A stretch of 64,000 nt of DNA from NCBI GenBank assembly GCA_965248695.1, contig CBDFKD010000002.1, forward strand, positions 1,248,001 through 1,312,000, read 5' to 3'. This DNA is from Acidobacteriota bacterium. Its GTDB lineage: Bacteria; Acidobacteriota; UBA890; WLXD01. Below, one piece after another: positions 48,542 through 57,557 of this stretch. The notes beneath the pieces were generated by a model. The model searched no databases and had not been told where the DNA came from. It saw only the letters and a list, made by a program, of their open reading frames with translations. Made by a program: the position numbers and the translations under genes. How positions within the stretch are numbered: position 1 is the stretch's first letter; every line of letters begins with the position of its first letter.

Positions 48542-49678
48542 GTGAACGACCAGTACACTCGCCCGGAGTTCGAACACGGCGAAGTTGCCGCGGTCGGCGT
48601 CTTGATTGCCAACCTGGGTACGCCCGACGCTCCCACGGCCAAGGCGCTGAGGCCCTACCTGCACCAGTTTCTCCGCGACCGGAGGGTGATCGAGCTGCCT
48701 CGCTGGCGCTGGCTGCCAATCCTGTACATGTTCGTGCTGACCCTGCGGCCGCGACGCTCAGCGGCGCTCTACTCCAAGGTGTGGACCGACGAGGGCTCGC
48801 CGTTGCTGGTGATCGGGCGCCGTCAGGCGGCGGCGCTGCAGCAGACGCTCGCCGCCGAGCTCGGTGACGGCGTGCATGTCGCCCTGGGAATGGGCTATGG
48901 GACTCCCTCGGTCGGCGACGCACTCGCCGAGCTGCGTAGCAAGAGCTGCCGTCGCATTGTCGTGTTGCCGCTGTACCCGCAGTACTCCGGTACCACCACG
49001 GGGTCCACCTTCGATGCGCTCTTCGCCGAGCTGCGCAGCTGGCGCTGGGTTCCGGAGGTGCGAACGATCAACGCTTACCACGACGATCCCGGCTACGTCG
49101 CCGCGATCGCCAGCTCTATCCGCGAGCTGTGGGACCGTGACGGCGAGCCCGAGCGGCTGCTGTTCTCGTTCCATGGCATTCCGCTCCGCTACGTGACCAA
49201 TGGCGATCCCTACCACTGCCAGTGCCACAAGACCGGCCGGCTGGTGGCCGCGGCGCTCGGTATCAGCGAGGAGCGCTATGTGGTCGCCTACCAGTCTCGC
49301 TTCGGTCGTGAGGAGTGGATCAAGCCGACCACCGACGTAACCGTGCGAGCGATGGCCGCTTCCGGCGTCAAGAGCCTCGACGTCGTCTGTCCGGGCTTTT
49401 CGGCCGACTGCCTCGAGACGCTCGAGGAGATCGATGGTGAGAACCGCGAGGTGTTCGAGGACAACGGAGGCCAGACATTCCGTTTCATTCCCTGTCTCAA
49501 CGAGCGGCCCGACCACATCCGTGCGCTTGCTGATCTGGTGGCCCGCCAGCTGAGCGGTTGGGTTGCGCCCTTGGGAGCCGATCGAGAGCCCGAGGAAGCC
49601 GAGGCACGCGCCTCGAAGCAACGGGCCGATCGGCTAATCGCCAGCGATGTTCGCGCCGACGCCGGCTATGGCTCATGA
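48542..49678 (+). CDS. hemH: Ferrochelatase
   Basis: NLGTP, LPLYPQYS..TTGS, LFSFHGIP, YQSRFG.EEW..P, GFSADCLETLEEI, IPCLN. Confidence 0.95.
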   Translation: MNDQYTRPEFEHGEVAAVGVLIANLGTPDAPTAKALRPYLHQFLRDRRVIELPRWRWLPILYMFVLTLRPRRSAALYSKVWTDEGSPLLVIGRRQAAALQQTLAAELGDGVHVALGMGYGTPSVGDALAELRSKSCRRIVVLPLYPQYSGTTTGSTFDALFAELRSWRWVPEVRTINAYHDDPGYVAAIASSIRELWDRDGEPERLLFSFHGIPLRYVTNGDPYHCQCHKTGRLVAAALGISEERYVVAYQSRFGREEWIKPTTDVTVRAMAASGVKSLDVVCPGFSADCLETLEEIDGENREVFEDNGGQTFRFIPCLNERPDHIRALADLVARQLSGWVAPLGADREPEEAEARASKQRADRLIASDVRADAGYGS

Positions 49679-49759
49679 CAGTCCCATGACGCAGTGGGCG
49701 ACTCTGCCTGTTAGAACATGCGGTCGTATATGAAATCACCACACTTCCACCACGGCCTG

Positions 49760-50542
49760 CTAGTCGGCTGGGCGAGGCAATATACCCCCGGGACGGCCGA
49801 AGTGTGGCACTGCGTCGGGTGCCTCTCGAGGGTCGACGAAGCCGCCGGCCGAGACGCTGTAGTAGAGGCAGCCGATCTGGTCGGCGGGCCGTGATGCCAC
49901 GAAGGGTTCGACCGTATCGAGCGCCCCCAGCCACTCATGCTTCAACGCCGGCAGATCGACAGGCTCGGCGAGATCGAGACGCGCCAGGTCTTCCTTCCGG
50001 ACGCGACCGCGTCTTCTGAGGAGCTCGAGCAGTGACAGCGGCGTGAACCCTGGGTCCTTGCCGCAAGCTGCCCAGCACAGAGCTCCGAGAAGGAGAACGC
50101 TGCGATGAAAATGCAGGATGTCCAAGACATCACGCGGCTCGTCGCGGCCCGCGAGCGCGAGCGTCTTGTTGACGGCGAGATCGATCGGATGAAGAACGAA
50201 CCCGACCCGCTCGTCGCGCACCGTGGGCATGAACCGCCAGGCGGAGTCGCGTGCCCATTCGACCTTGGTCGCCAGATCATCCCGGCGCACGATGGCGCGG
50301 ATGTAGCCCGGTTGGTTCACGTCGACATCGACTGAATACCCGGCTTCGGCCAGCGAATCGCTATCGGCAGCGAACGCGTCCGCGACACGCGATTCCGAAT
50401 CGTGGAAGTAGTCCAGATCGTTGCTGAATCGCGTCGTGTTCGGCTCGATCAGAATGGCGGCGCCGCCCGCAAGATAGGAGTCGAAGGTGCGATTACGGGA
50501 CAGCAGGCGAGCGAGCTCGGCCTGGTAGTCGGTTAGCGGCAC
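49760..50542 (-). CDS. AbiEii-like nucleotidyltransferase putative toxin
   Basis: YLAGGAA......R.S.DLDYF; DLAVNK.LALAGRDEPRD.LD. Confidence 0.75.
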   Translation of the reverse strand: MPLTDYQAELARLLSRNRTFDSYLAGGAAILIEPNTTRFSNDLDYFHDSESRVADAFAADSDSLAEAGYSVDVDVNQPGYIRAIVRRDDLATKVEWARDSAWRFMPTVRDERVGFVLHPIDLAVNKTLALAGRDEPRDVLDILHFHRSVLLLGALCWAACGKDPGFTPLSLLELLRRRGRVRKEDLARLDLAEPVDLPALKHEWLGALDTVEPFVASRPADQIGCLYYSVSAGGFVDPREAPDAVPHFGRPGGILPRPAD

Positions 50543-50799
50543 AGCTTCGTCGAGACCTCCCAGGCATCGCGGCCACCGTGCCGGCGGAGTCGATCAGCGA
50601 CCCAGGCCACGTCGGATGCCCCGACGACGTACTGCGGATCGAACGACCAGAAGCACACGGGGTGGAATCGTCGGTACGCTCGGCGCGCCTCACGCACCTG
50701 CACCATCCGCCGCGCTGTTTCCGAGTCCAGCCGGCGACGGCTCCTACGACCGCCGCGACGGCCGATCTCTGCCAGGTAGCGTCGTACGGCTTGATTCAT
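50533..50799 (-). CDS. Small putative antitoxin of the NTase pair
   Basis: 88 aa, overlaps the NTase start; YLAEIGRRGG, CFWS, LRRHGGRDAW. Confidence 0.65.
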   Translation of the reverse strand: MNQAVRRYLAEIGRRGGRRSRRRLDSETARRMVQVREARRAYRRFHPVCFWSFDPQYVVGASDVAWVADRLRRHGGRDAWEVSTKLCR

Positions 50800-50804
50800 G
50801 TAGC

Positions 50805-50825
50805 TATCATAACCAGGTTATGATA
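50805..50825. promoter_or_regulatory. Perfect palindromic operator
   Basis: TATCATAACC-A-GGTTATGATA, 5 nt upstream of the ATG at 50799. Confidence 0.7.
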
Positions 50826-50917
50826 ATCCTACAAGACTTCAAGATGGCAGTCGGAATGACTCGAAGCGCGAAGTGGGATGAGCTGGAGCGCCTAGTCGCA
50901 GCGAAGGGACTCGGCCC

Positions 50918-51184
50918 TCAATAGGAATCGCCGCGCGGAAGGATGGCGTAGATGTAGAGCACCCTTGACTCCCGGTCCGGCGTCCCGAGCACTCGGCAGC
51001 CACCAACTCGGATCCGAACGTCTCCCTTGAGCTTGCCGGTCAGGGGTCGGACGCGAAGGTGTTGCAGCGGCTGTTCCGCGCCTTGGAGATCACGCAGGGT
51101 CTGCTTGATTCGTCGTCGGGTTGGCGCGTCGAGCCTCAGGTACTGCTTCTCGGCCGACGGCTTGACCTCAATCCGCCAGCTCAT
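50918..51184 (-). CDS. RelE/ParE-family toxin
   Basis: MSWRIEVKPSAEKQYLRLD..TRRRI...L.......V.PLTG.LKG..RIRVG..RV.......IYAILPRGDSY. Confidence 0.85.
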   Translation of the reverse strand: MSWRIEVKPSAEKQYLRLDAPTRRRIKQTLRDLQGAEQPLQHLRVRPLTGKLKGDVRIRVGGCRVLGTPDRESRVLYIYAILPRGDSY

Positions 51185-51407
51185 CGAGCGGCTTGCCCTG
51201 GGCGCCAGCGTCCACTTCTTCCTTACCGCGGACGATGATCTCGACCCAATCGGGTCTCGAAAGCAGGTCTAGCGTTTCCTGATGCCTCTCGATGTACTCG
51301 TCGATGAGCCCCGAGAGGATCTCCTTCATCTCGATCTTCTCGATCCCGGCGATGATCCTCAGGATGTCCCGTTTCTCTGCCGGGATACGCACGGTTGCTG
51401 TCGACAT
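51168..51407 (-). CDS. Antitoxin partner of RelE (RHH-like N-terminus)
   Basis: MSTATVRIPAEKRDILRIIA....ETLDLLS.P....I..G..E...G.GK.LDEL; overlaps the toxin start. Confidence 0.75.
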   Translation of the reverse strand: MSTATVRIPAEKRDILRIIAGIEKIEMKEILSGLIDEYIERHQETLDLLSRPDWVEIIVRGKEEVDAGAQGKPLDELAD

Positions 51408-51424
51408 AGCTCGCTCCCCCAACA

Positions 51425-51464
51425 AGGCTACTGGTAGCCTGAGCTACTAGGCGCCTAGTGTCAA
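51425..51464 (-). promoter_or_regulatory. Promoter with tandem palindromic operators
   Basis: AGGCTAC-TG-GTAGCCT (51425-51440) and ACTAGGCGCCTAGT (51446-51459); minus-strand TTGACA at 51464-51459. Confidence 0.65.
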
Positions 51465-51541
51465 CAGGTATCGATCGCAAATGCTCGTCGCGCGGGAGGC
51501 GCTAAGGGGGATTGCCGCTTGCCACAGGGCGTCGGCGGCGC

Positions 51542-51820
51542 CTAGGAAGCTGCTTCTCCCTGTGCTCCCGGGGGATCGTTGTTCCTCATCCTTCGCGCGA
51601 CGGCCTCGATCACGGCTGGGGATAGGTCCGCGGAGTAGAGTCGGATCAGCAGCTGTTCCCGACTCCCGGCTGCTGGCGCCGAGCCGGCCTGGGCGCCCGC
51701 CCGGCTGAGCTCGCAGGCGGCCGAGAACATGCCACTGGCCATACGAATTCGCGCCTCGGGACCGAGCGATCGGAGCTTGGCCCGCAGGATCTGCTCGACC
51801 TCGCGGGATGTGTCTCTCAT
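51542..51820 (-). CDS. Small helical partner of the nucleotidyltransferase
   Basis: ATGA overlap; MRDTSREVE....LRSL.PE.RIRMA..M...A..L..AG....L..RLY. Confidence 0.65.
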   Translation of the reverse strand: MRDTSREVEQILRAKLRSLGPEARIRMASGMFSAACELSRAGAQAGSAPAAGSREQLLIRLYSADLSPAVIEAVARRMRNNDPPGAQGEAAS

Positions 51821-52362
51821 GGCCGGAGTTGCTCCAGCGAGTCCGAAACGCCGAGGTGATGGGCCCATCGCGTCATGTACTCGTGATCCAGCTCCTTAGC
51901 CGCCGACAACAGATCGCGAACGTCCCGTTCTTGTAGCTCGGAGGGTGACACCGCAATCCAGCAGAGCTTCGAAAGAACAAGGTCCTCGGGGGTGACGAAC
52001 GCCACGGCCTCCCCGCAGATCGTGAGTCGCCGCCGGCGGTTGAATTCCTTGCGCCGGTACGTTTCGTCGCCACGCACCACGAAGTCGGCCTTGATCACCC
52101 ACTCCGTGTGAATGATGTTGAAGATCGATCGATCGCGGACAGCGTCGCGCACGGCGTCGGGGTGGATATAGCAGTCTGCTTCGAAGAGCGCGACCACCCT
52201 GCCGACATCGCCCGCGTCGAGCTGCACGACCAGATCGATGTCGCGCGTCATGCGGGGTGTTGCGTACGCCGCCAGGGCCATGGATCCGGTCACCATGTAG
52301 GGAATCCCGGCCGAGTCCAAACGTTGGGCGAGCAGCAACAAGAAGCGGAGTTGATCGTCCAC
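51817..52362 (-). CDS. Nucleotidyltransferase-family protein (putative TA component)
   Basis: YMVTGSMA...Y..PRMTRDIDLV; KADF; TPEDLVLSKL.W; Q.RDV. Confidence 0.8.
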   Translation of the reverse strand: MDDQLRFLLLLAQRLDSAGIPYMVTGSMALAAYATPRMTRDIDLVVQLDAGDVGRVVALFEADCYIHPDAVRDAVRDRSIFNIIHTEWVIKADFVVRGDETYRRKEFNRRRRLTICGEAVAFVTPEDLVLSKLCWIAVSPSELQERDVRDLLSAAKELDHEYMTRWAHHLGVSDSLEQLRP

Positions 52363-52641
52363 GCCCGCAGGCTAGCATGACCTCCCGTCGGCGCCCGAAC
52401 GATGCGGTGCGCGGCCTTATTGCACCGCAGCCACTTGAGGGGCTGTGTGGCGCGTCAACCCCGTAGCACCTCGCGGTGCTCGCACCGATCGCCCTGCTGG
52501 CGTATTGCACGCCGCTGCTGAGCACATTGAGCTTCTGAGGCGTACCTCGTCGGCAACGTTCCAGACAGATGACCCCTGGATCCATTCTTCGGTGGCAGGT
52601 CAGGGATCGCCGCAGACCAATCGATTGGGGACTGCGTCAGC

Positions 52642-53441
52642 TCATTCCTCCACATTCGCGCAGATCACGTACACGCGGAGCTTCCATTCGGGGCGAAGCC
52701 GCTGTTGTTCTGGGCGTTGGTCAACCAACCGGAGCCATCGAACCTCGGCTGAAAATAGGTGGCCCGGCCATCCAGGATGGCGCTGGTGTCATCCAGCACA
52801 CCCCAGCCGGCACCGAGTGCCTTCTTGCCGCCGGGGCAGTCCACCCGCAGCTGCTTGCTGACGTCGGCATTGACCGCAGTTTCGTCGAACACCACCTCGT
52901 AGCCGGTTACGCCGTCGGCTCCCGGGGCTCCGGGTGGGCCCGGAGCGCCGTCGTCACCATCGGCTCCGGGGGGACCCTCTGGGCCCTCCTCGTTCCAGCT
53001 GATCTGCGTATCGCGGGCATTGCAGGTCGTGGCCGGCTCGGTGCCGATGGCGACCTTCTTGATGGCACCGTTCGGCCTCAAGCAGCCCGTGTACACATCG
53101 GCCCTGGATCCGGCGACCGTGCCCCCGGGGCCGACGCTGACATGGAAGTCGGCCGAGCGATCGTCGGCCGTGCGCACCGTGAGCAGGTAGGTGCCGGTCG
53201 ATATCTCATCCGGCAGCCGCGCCCTCACCACCGAGCGCGTGAAATGGGCCACCTCGAGCGGCTTGCCTTCGAGGGTAACGGCCGGCTCTCCGCTGTGGTC
53301 GAACCGCGCCCCCACAATCAGCAGGCTTCTGCCGTTCGGCGACTGCTTGACGCTCAGAATCAGCGGCTTGTCGTCGGCATAGAGGTTCGGTGCCGACAGG
53401 AGGCAAAGAATGACACCGACGATGAGGCTACGTTTGGTCAT
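52642..53441 (-). CDS. Secreted protein with a short collagen-like G-x-y tract; -1 frameshift near the C-terminus
   Basis: Signal peptide; GPEGPPGADGDDGAPGPPGAPGADG; CPGGKKALGAG. Adding one base in the homopolymer run near 52690 restores FAPEWKLRVYVICANVEE*. Confidence 0.7.
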
Positions 53442-53576
53442 CGTTGACCTCCAGGTGCGTTCTTGACTGGGTGTCGCCGATCTCGAAGCGACGCGCGTTC
53501 ACTGACCGGTGGCATTAAACACCATGCCGAACCCGCCTACGCGGGCATGCCGCACCCAGATCACGCATCAGCTACG

Positions 53577-54803
53577 CTATTCGGTGACCTCGGCCAACCC
53601 ACATGCATTGCGACACGGATCGAGCTGCAGCGCGCTCGCAAGTCGTTGTAGCGCCTCTTCGGCCGCCTTCCGGTCGCGTGCTACGACCGGCTGGCGCTCG
53701 TAGTGTTCGGCCAGCACGTTGAGCCGCCCGGCCTTTCGGTCGGCCTTTAGATCGATACGGCCGATGAGGCGATCGCCGGCGAGCACCGGCAGGCAGTAGT
53801 AGCCGAACTCGCGTTGCGGCGCCGGCTTGTAGATTTCCAACAGCTGGCGGAAGCCGAAAAGCAGCTCGGTGCGCGTGCGGTCCCACAACAGCGGATCGAA
53901 GGGCGACAGCATCAGACCACGGTCGCGACGCGGACGGGTCGATTGCAGTGTCGCGGCGGCTTCGAGGTCGACCGGCCGGATCCAGCCCGGCTTGCGGACG
54001 TCGGGTCCCTCGAGGCGACACGCCACGATCCTGCGGCGCTCGCACAGGCGCTCCAGCGACGCAGTGATCTCGGGGCGCATGTTCCGCAGGCGCCAGGTCG
54101 CGGCCAGCGTGCCGGTGGTGGCCCATCCGTGGGCAGAAAGCGCCCGCAGCAGCAGGGTGTCGATCGACTCCTCGCGCTCGGCCGGATCGGCACGCACTGC
54201 CTCAGGAATCACCCGCTCGGCCAGATCATACTCGCGCTGGAAGCCCACGCGGCGGCTGACCGCGACGTCGCCGCGCGACCACAGCGCCGAGAGCACCTTC
54301 TTGGCGACGCTGAGCTGCCACCAGCCACCGCGGCTCGATACCTGTTCGAAGTCGCCGCCGCGCTGCGAGCCCTGATCGCGCAGCTGATCGAGGATGGCAC
54401 CGGCGACGCGCGGGTGCTCGCCGAGAAGATCGCCCCACCAGGGGTGGACGTTGTAGTGGCGACGACGAAACTCGAAGTGCCGATACAGCTCCATCGGAAT
54501 CCAGCTGGCCTCGTGGCCCCAGTACTCGAACAGCGGCTCGCCCGGCGCCAGCAACGATTCGCCAAGTTCCGGCGAAGCACCGTCGAGCCGCGACATGAGC
54601 ACCAGCGAGTGGCTGCGGGCGCCGGTGATGCAGACGGTGTCGAGCTGCAGGTAGCCGAAACGCCGTATGACGGCGCCGGCCGCGTCGCGGGCGCGTCGCC
54701 CACGACCCGCTGCCCGGGTAGGCAGCCCGGTGCGCTCGGGCCGCAGCAGCCCAGCGCGCGCCACTGCCAATCGCCGCGCGGCGGGAACAGAGATCGTTTC
54801 CAA
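53577..54803 (-). CDS. YcaQ-like winged-helix DNA crosslink glycosylase (HTH_42)
   Basis: YLQLDTV (QxD), FEYWGHEAS, LSPFDPLLWDR.R...FGF...EIY.P...R.FGYY.LP.L. Confidence 0.88.
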   Translation of the reverse strand: METISVPAARRLAVARAGLLRPERTGLPTRAAGRGRRARDAAGAVIRRFGYLQLDTVCITGARSHSLVLMSRLDGASPELGESLLAPGEPLFEYWGHEASWIPMELYRHFEFRRRHYNVHPWWGDLLGEHPRVAGAILDQLRDQGSQRGGDFEQVSSRGGWWQLSVAKKVLSALWSRGDVAVSRRVGFQREYDLAERVIPEAVRADPAEREESIDTLLLRALSAHGWATTGTLAATWRLRNMRPEITASLERLCERRRIVACRLEGPDVRKPGWIRPVDLEAAATLQSTRPRRDRGLMLSPFDPLLWDRTRTELLFGFRQLLEIYKPAPQREFGYYCLPVLAGDRLIGRIDLKADRKAGRLNVLAEHYERQPVVARDRKAAEEALQRLASALQLDPCRNACGLAEVTE

Positions 54804-54950
54804 GCCGGCCCTCGTACGGGAAGCCCGCTTCCCGGTCTGGTTAACTAGTGCTAGTGGCCTGCAACAGAGTCTCGGTGCACGAAGTAGAGTTCCAGGGAGA
54901 GACGCGTCTACGCTATCCGAGATGGACGACGCGAGCTGGAGAGATCACTG

Positions 54951-56144
54951 ATGGACGATCAAATGGCCGGTCCGCGGCAGCTGTTCCTGTATCCGCTGCT
55001 GGTCGGACTGGTGCTCGGCGCCGGGTTCTTCCTCGGCCTCGGCTGGACGGCAGGAACGGCGCAACCCGAGGCCCAGCCGGCCGCCCAGCCCGCTTCCCGG
55101 CCAGGGGACACGCCAGCAACGTTGCCGGTTGGCCAGCCAACTGCTAGCGCCCAGCGAGTGATCCCGCGCGGCGACCTGGCATCGTCGGAACTATCGACTA
55201 TCGAGCTCTTCCAGGGGTCCTCGCCTTCGGTCGTCTACATCACGTCGCTCACCGACCGCCGCAACCTTTGGACGCTCGGTGTAACGCGCATCGATCCCGG
55301 AACCGGGTCGGGGTTCGTGTGGGATCAGAACGGCAACATCGTCACCAACTGGCACGTGGTCCAGGGAGCAGCAGCGGCGCGCGTGACCCTGGCCGATCAG
55401 TCCCAGTGGGACGCCCGGCTGGTCGGGGCCGCTCCCGAGAAGGACCTCGCCGTTCTGCACATCGATGCGCCGGGACAACAGCTACAACCGATTTCGCTCG
55501 GCACCTCCGATGATCTGCTCGTGGGCCAGAGCGTCTACGCCATCGGCAACCCGTTCGGGCTCGATTCGACGCTCACCACCGGCGTAATCAGCGCGCTCGG
55601 CCGCGAGATCAACTCGCAGGTAACCGGCGCCGAGATCCGCAACGTCATTCAGACCGACGCTGCGATCAATCCGGGCAACTCGGGCGGGCCGTTGCTCGAC
55701 AGCGCCGGGAGGCTGATCGGCGTCAACACATCGATCGTCAGCCCCTCGGGCGCCTATGCTGGCGTCGGCTTCGCCATCCCTGCCGACACCGTGCGCTGGG
55801 TAGTACGCGACCTGATCCGCTTCGGTCAGCTGCAGCGCCCCAGCTTGGGCATCGAGCCGCTGGCAATCAGCCCCCGGCGACTGGGCGTCGCCGGCGTGGT
55901 GGTACGCAGCGTCGACGAGGGTGGCGCCGCCGAACAGGCGGGTCTGCAACCCACCTACCGGGCGCGCAACGGGCGCATCATGCTGGGTGACATCATCACC
56001 GACATCGACGGCACCCCGATCGCCAGCTGGGGCGACATACTGCAGACCCTCGAACTGCGACAGGCAGGCGAAGTCGTCGCGGTGCTGTTCATTCGCGACG
56101 GCGAGCAGCAGCAAGCTCAGGTAAGGCTGCAGCCGCCACAATAG
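54951..56144 (+). CDS. HtrA/Deg-like trypsin serine protease with PDZ domain
   Basis: GSGF, TNWHVV, DLAVL, IQTDAAINPGNSGGPL; C-terminal PDZ. Confidence 0.93.
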   Translation: MDDQMAGPRQLFLYPLLVGLVLGAGFFLGLGWTAGTAQPEAQPAAQPASRPGDTPATLPVGQPTASAQRVIPRGDLASSELSTIELFQGSSPSVVYITSLTDRRNLWTLGVTRIDPGTGSGFVWDQNGNIVTNWHVVQGAAAARVTLADQSQWDARLVGAAPEKDLAVLHIDAPGQQLQPISLGTSDDLLVGQSVYAIGNPFGLDSTLTTGVISALGREINSQVTGAEIRNVIQTDAAINPGNSGGPLLDSAGRLIGVNTSIVSPSGAYAGVGFAIPADTVRWVVRDLIRFGQLQRPSLGIEPLAISPRRLGVAGVVVRSVDEGGAAEQAGLQPTYRARNGRIMLGDIITDIDGTPIASWGDILQTLELRQAGEVVAVLFIRDGEQQQAQVRLQPPQ

Positions 56145-56217
56145 TGAGTAGTGGTATCTTGCGCACGCAACTGGAAGTAGAGCGTTGATCGGTCTGGTTA
56201 CAACGCGAAGGTAACGG

Positions 56218-57372
56218 ATGAAATCCCGGCAGACCGTCGACGTTCTGGTGATCGGCGGAGGCATCATCGGGCTGGCCAGCGCCTACGAGAACCTCCGTCG
56301 CGGGCACAGCGTGCTGCTAGTGGAGAAGGTCCGTCTCGGGGCCGGCGCCACCCATGTCGCCGCCGGCATGCTTGCGGGCGCCGCCGAAGCGGAACCGACA
56401 CAACAGGCGATGGTGCGGCTGGCGGTCGACAGCCTGAAGCGGTACGCGGAATTCGTCGGTGCGGTGGAGTCCGACTCGGGGCTACAGTGCGGCTACGACA
56501 CCACCGGGACCCTGCTGGTGGCGCTGGATCAGGATCACCTCGAGCATCTGCGACACGGCGCCGCCGAGCACGAGCGACTGGGCCTGCATTGCGAACAGCT
56601 CGACGCCGAGGAGATCAGGCGGCGCGAGCCCAGGCTAAGCCCCAAGGTGGTGGGCGGGTTCGCGGCCGATGAAGATCTACAGGTAGATCCGCGCGCTCTG
56701 GCGCGCGCCCTGGCGGTGGCAGTAGAGGCCCGCGGTGGCATCCTGGTGTGGCCGGCGGAGGTGCTCGAACTGCAGTCGGATGGACGCTGGAGAGCCGTGG
56801 TCGAGGTGCCAGGCAACCGCCTGGAGGTGAGCGCCGAGCGCGTGATCGTCGCCGCCGGCGCCTGGACCCGCGACGCTGCCGCGGCCTGCGAGAAGCTCCC
56901 GCTGCGCCCGGTCAAGGGCCAGGTGTTGCGACTACGCGGCGAGCGCCTGCTGGACCGCGTCATCCGCACACCCGACGTCTACATTCTGCCGCGCGCTTCC
57001 GGCGAGCTGGTGATCGGCGCCAGCAGCGAAGAGCAGGGGTTCGACACCAGGGCGGCCGCGGGTCCGGTGATGGAGCTGCTATACAGCGCCTGGCGCGCGC
57101 TGCCGGGAATCTACGAGCTCGAGCTCGACGAGGTCTGTGTCGGGTTCCGCCCGGCGCTGCGCGACCATCTGCCGGCGATCGGCGCCACCGAACAGGAGGG
57201 GCTGTACGTTGCCACTGGCCACTATCGCAATGGCATCCTGCTGGCGCCAGCAACCGCGGTGCTGCTGGCCGACTTGATGGACGGTGGCGATCCGGAGCTG
57301 CTCAAGGGGCTGGAGCCCGGACGCTTCGCGCCTTCAGGGGCCAAGGAGGATACGATTGCGCGCCAGGGTTAA
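56218..57372 (+). CDS. thiO: Glycine oxidase
   Basis: IGGGIIG, AAGML, RPVKGQ, GHYRNGILLAP; lies upstream of thiS-thiG. Confidence 0.9.
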   Translation: MKSRQTVDVLVIGGGIIGLASAYENLRRGHSVLLVEKVRLGAGATHVAAGMLAGAAEAEPTQQAMVRLAVDSLKRYAEFVGAVESDSGLQCGYDTTGTLLVALDQDHLEHLRHGAAEHERLGLHCEQLDAEEIRRREPRLSPKVVGGFAADEDLQVDPRALARALAVAVEARGGILVWPAEVLELQSDGRWRAVVEVPGNRLEVSAERVIVAAGAWTRDAAAACEKLPLRPVKGQVLRLRGERLLDRVIRTPDVYILPRASGELVIGASSEEQGFDTRAAAGPVMELLYSAWRALPGIYELELDEVCVGFRPALRDHLPAIGATEQEGLYVATGHYRNGILLAPATAVLLADLMDGGDPELLKGLEPGRFAPSGAKEDTIARQG

Positions 57373-57556
57373 CGGCACCGAGCGCGAGCTGAGCCCGGGG
57401 ACGAGCGTCGGCGCGCTGGTGAGCGAGATGGCGACCGATGCCAAGGCGGTGGCGGTGGCGCTCAACCGTGCCGTGATCCCGCGGCGGGAGTGGGACACCG
57501 TGTGCGTGACGGAGGGCGACGACGTCGAGATCATCGCCCCATTCCACGGAGGCTGA
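57356..57556 (+). CDS. thiS: Sulfur carrier protein
   Basis: RBS AAGGAGG and TTG start; VNG...AVALN..VIPR..W.....GDDVEI...GG C-terminus. Confidence 0.9.
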   Translation: MRARVNGTERELSPGTSVGALVSEMATDAKAVAVALNRAVIPRREWDTVCVTEGDDVEIIAPFHGG

Positions 57557-57557
57557 A

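Noticed and set aside
43620-52640. Integron cassette array explaining the TA cluster
   Set aside because: No integrase and no recurring RYYYAAC..GTTRRRY attC structures were seen by eye. Genes are in mixed orientation.
52380-52640. Structured ncRNA from several short hairpins
   Set aside because: Stems of 5-8 bp are expected at this GC content. No recognisable motif, promoter or terminator was found.
56145-56217. TPP riboswitch upstream of thiO
   Set aside because: The gap is only 73 nt. A CGTTG/CAACG stem and GCGAAGG are present, but the conserved GCTGAGA and CCTGA..TAA elements are missing.
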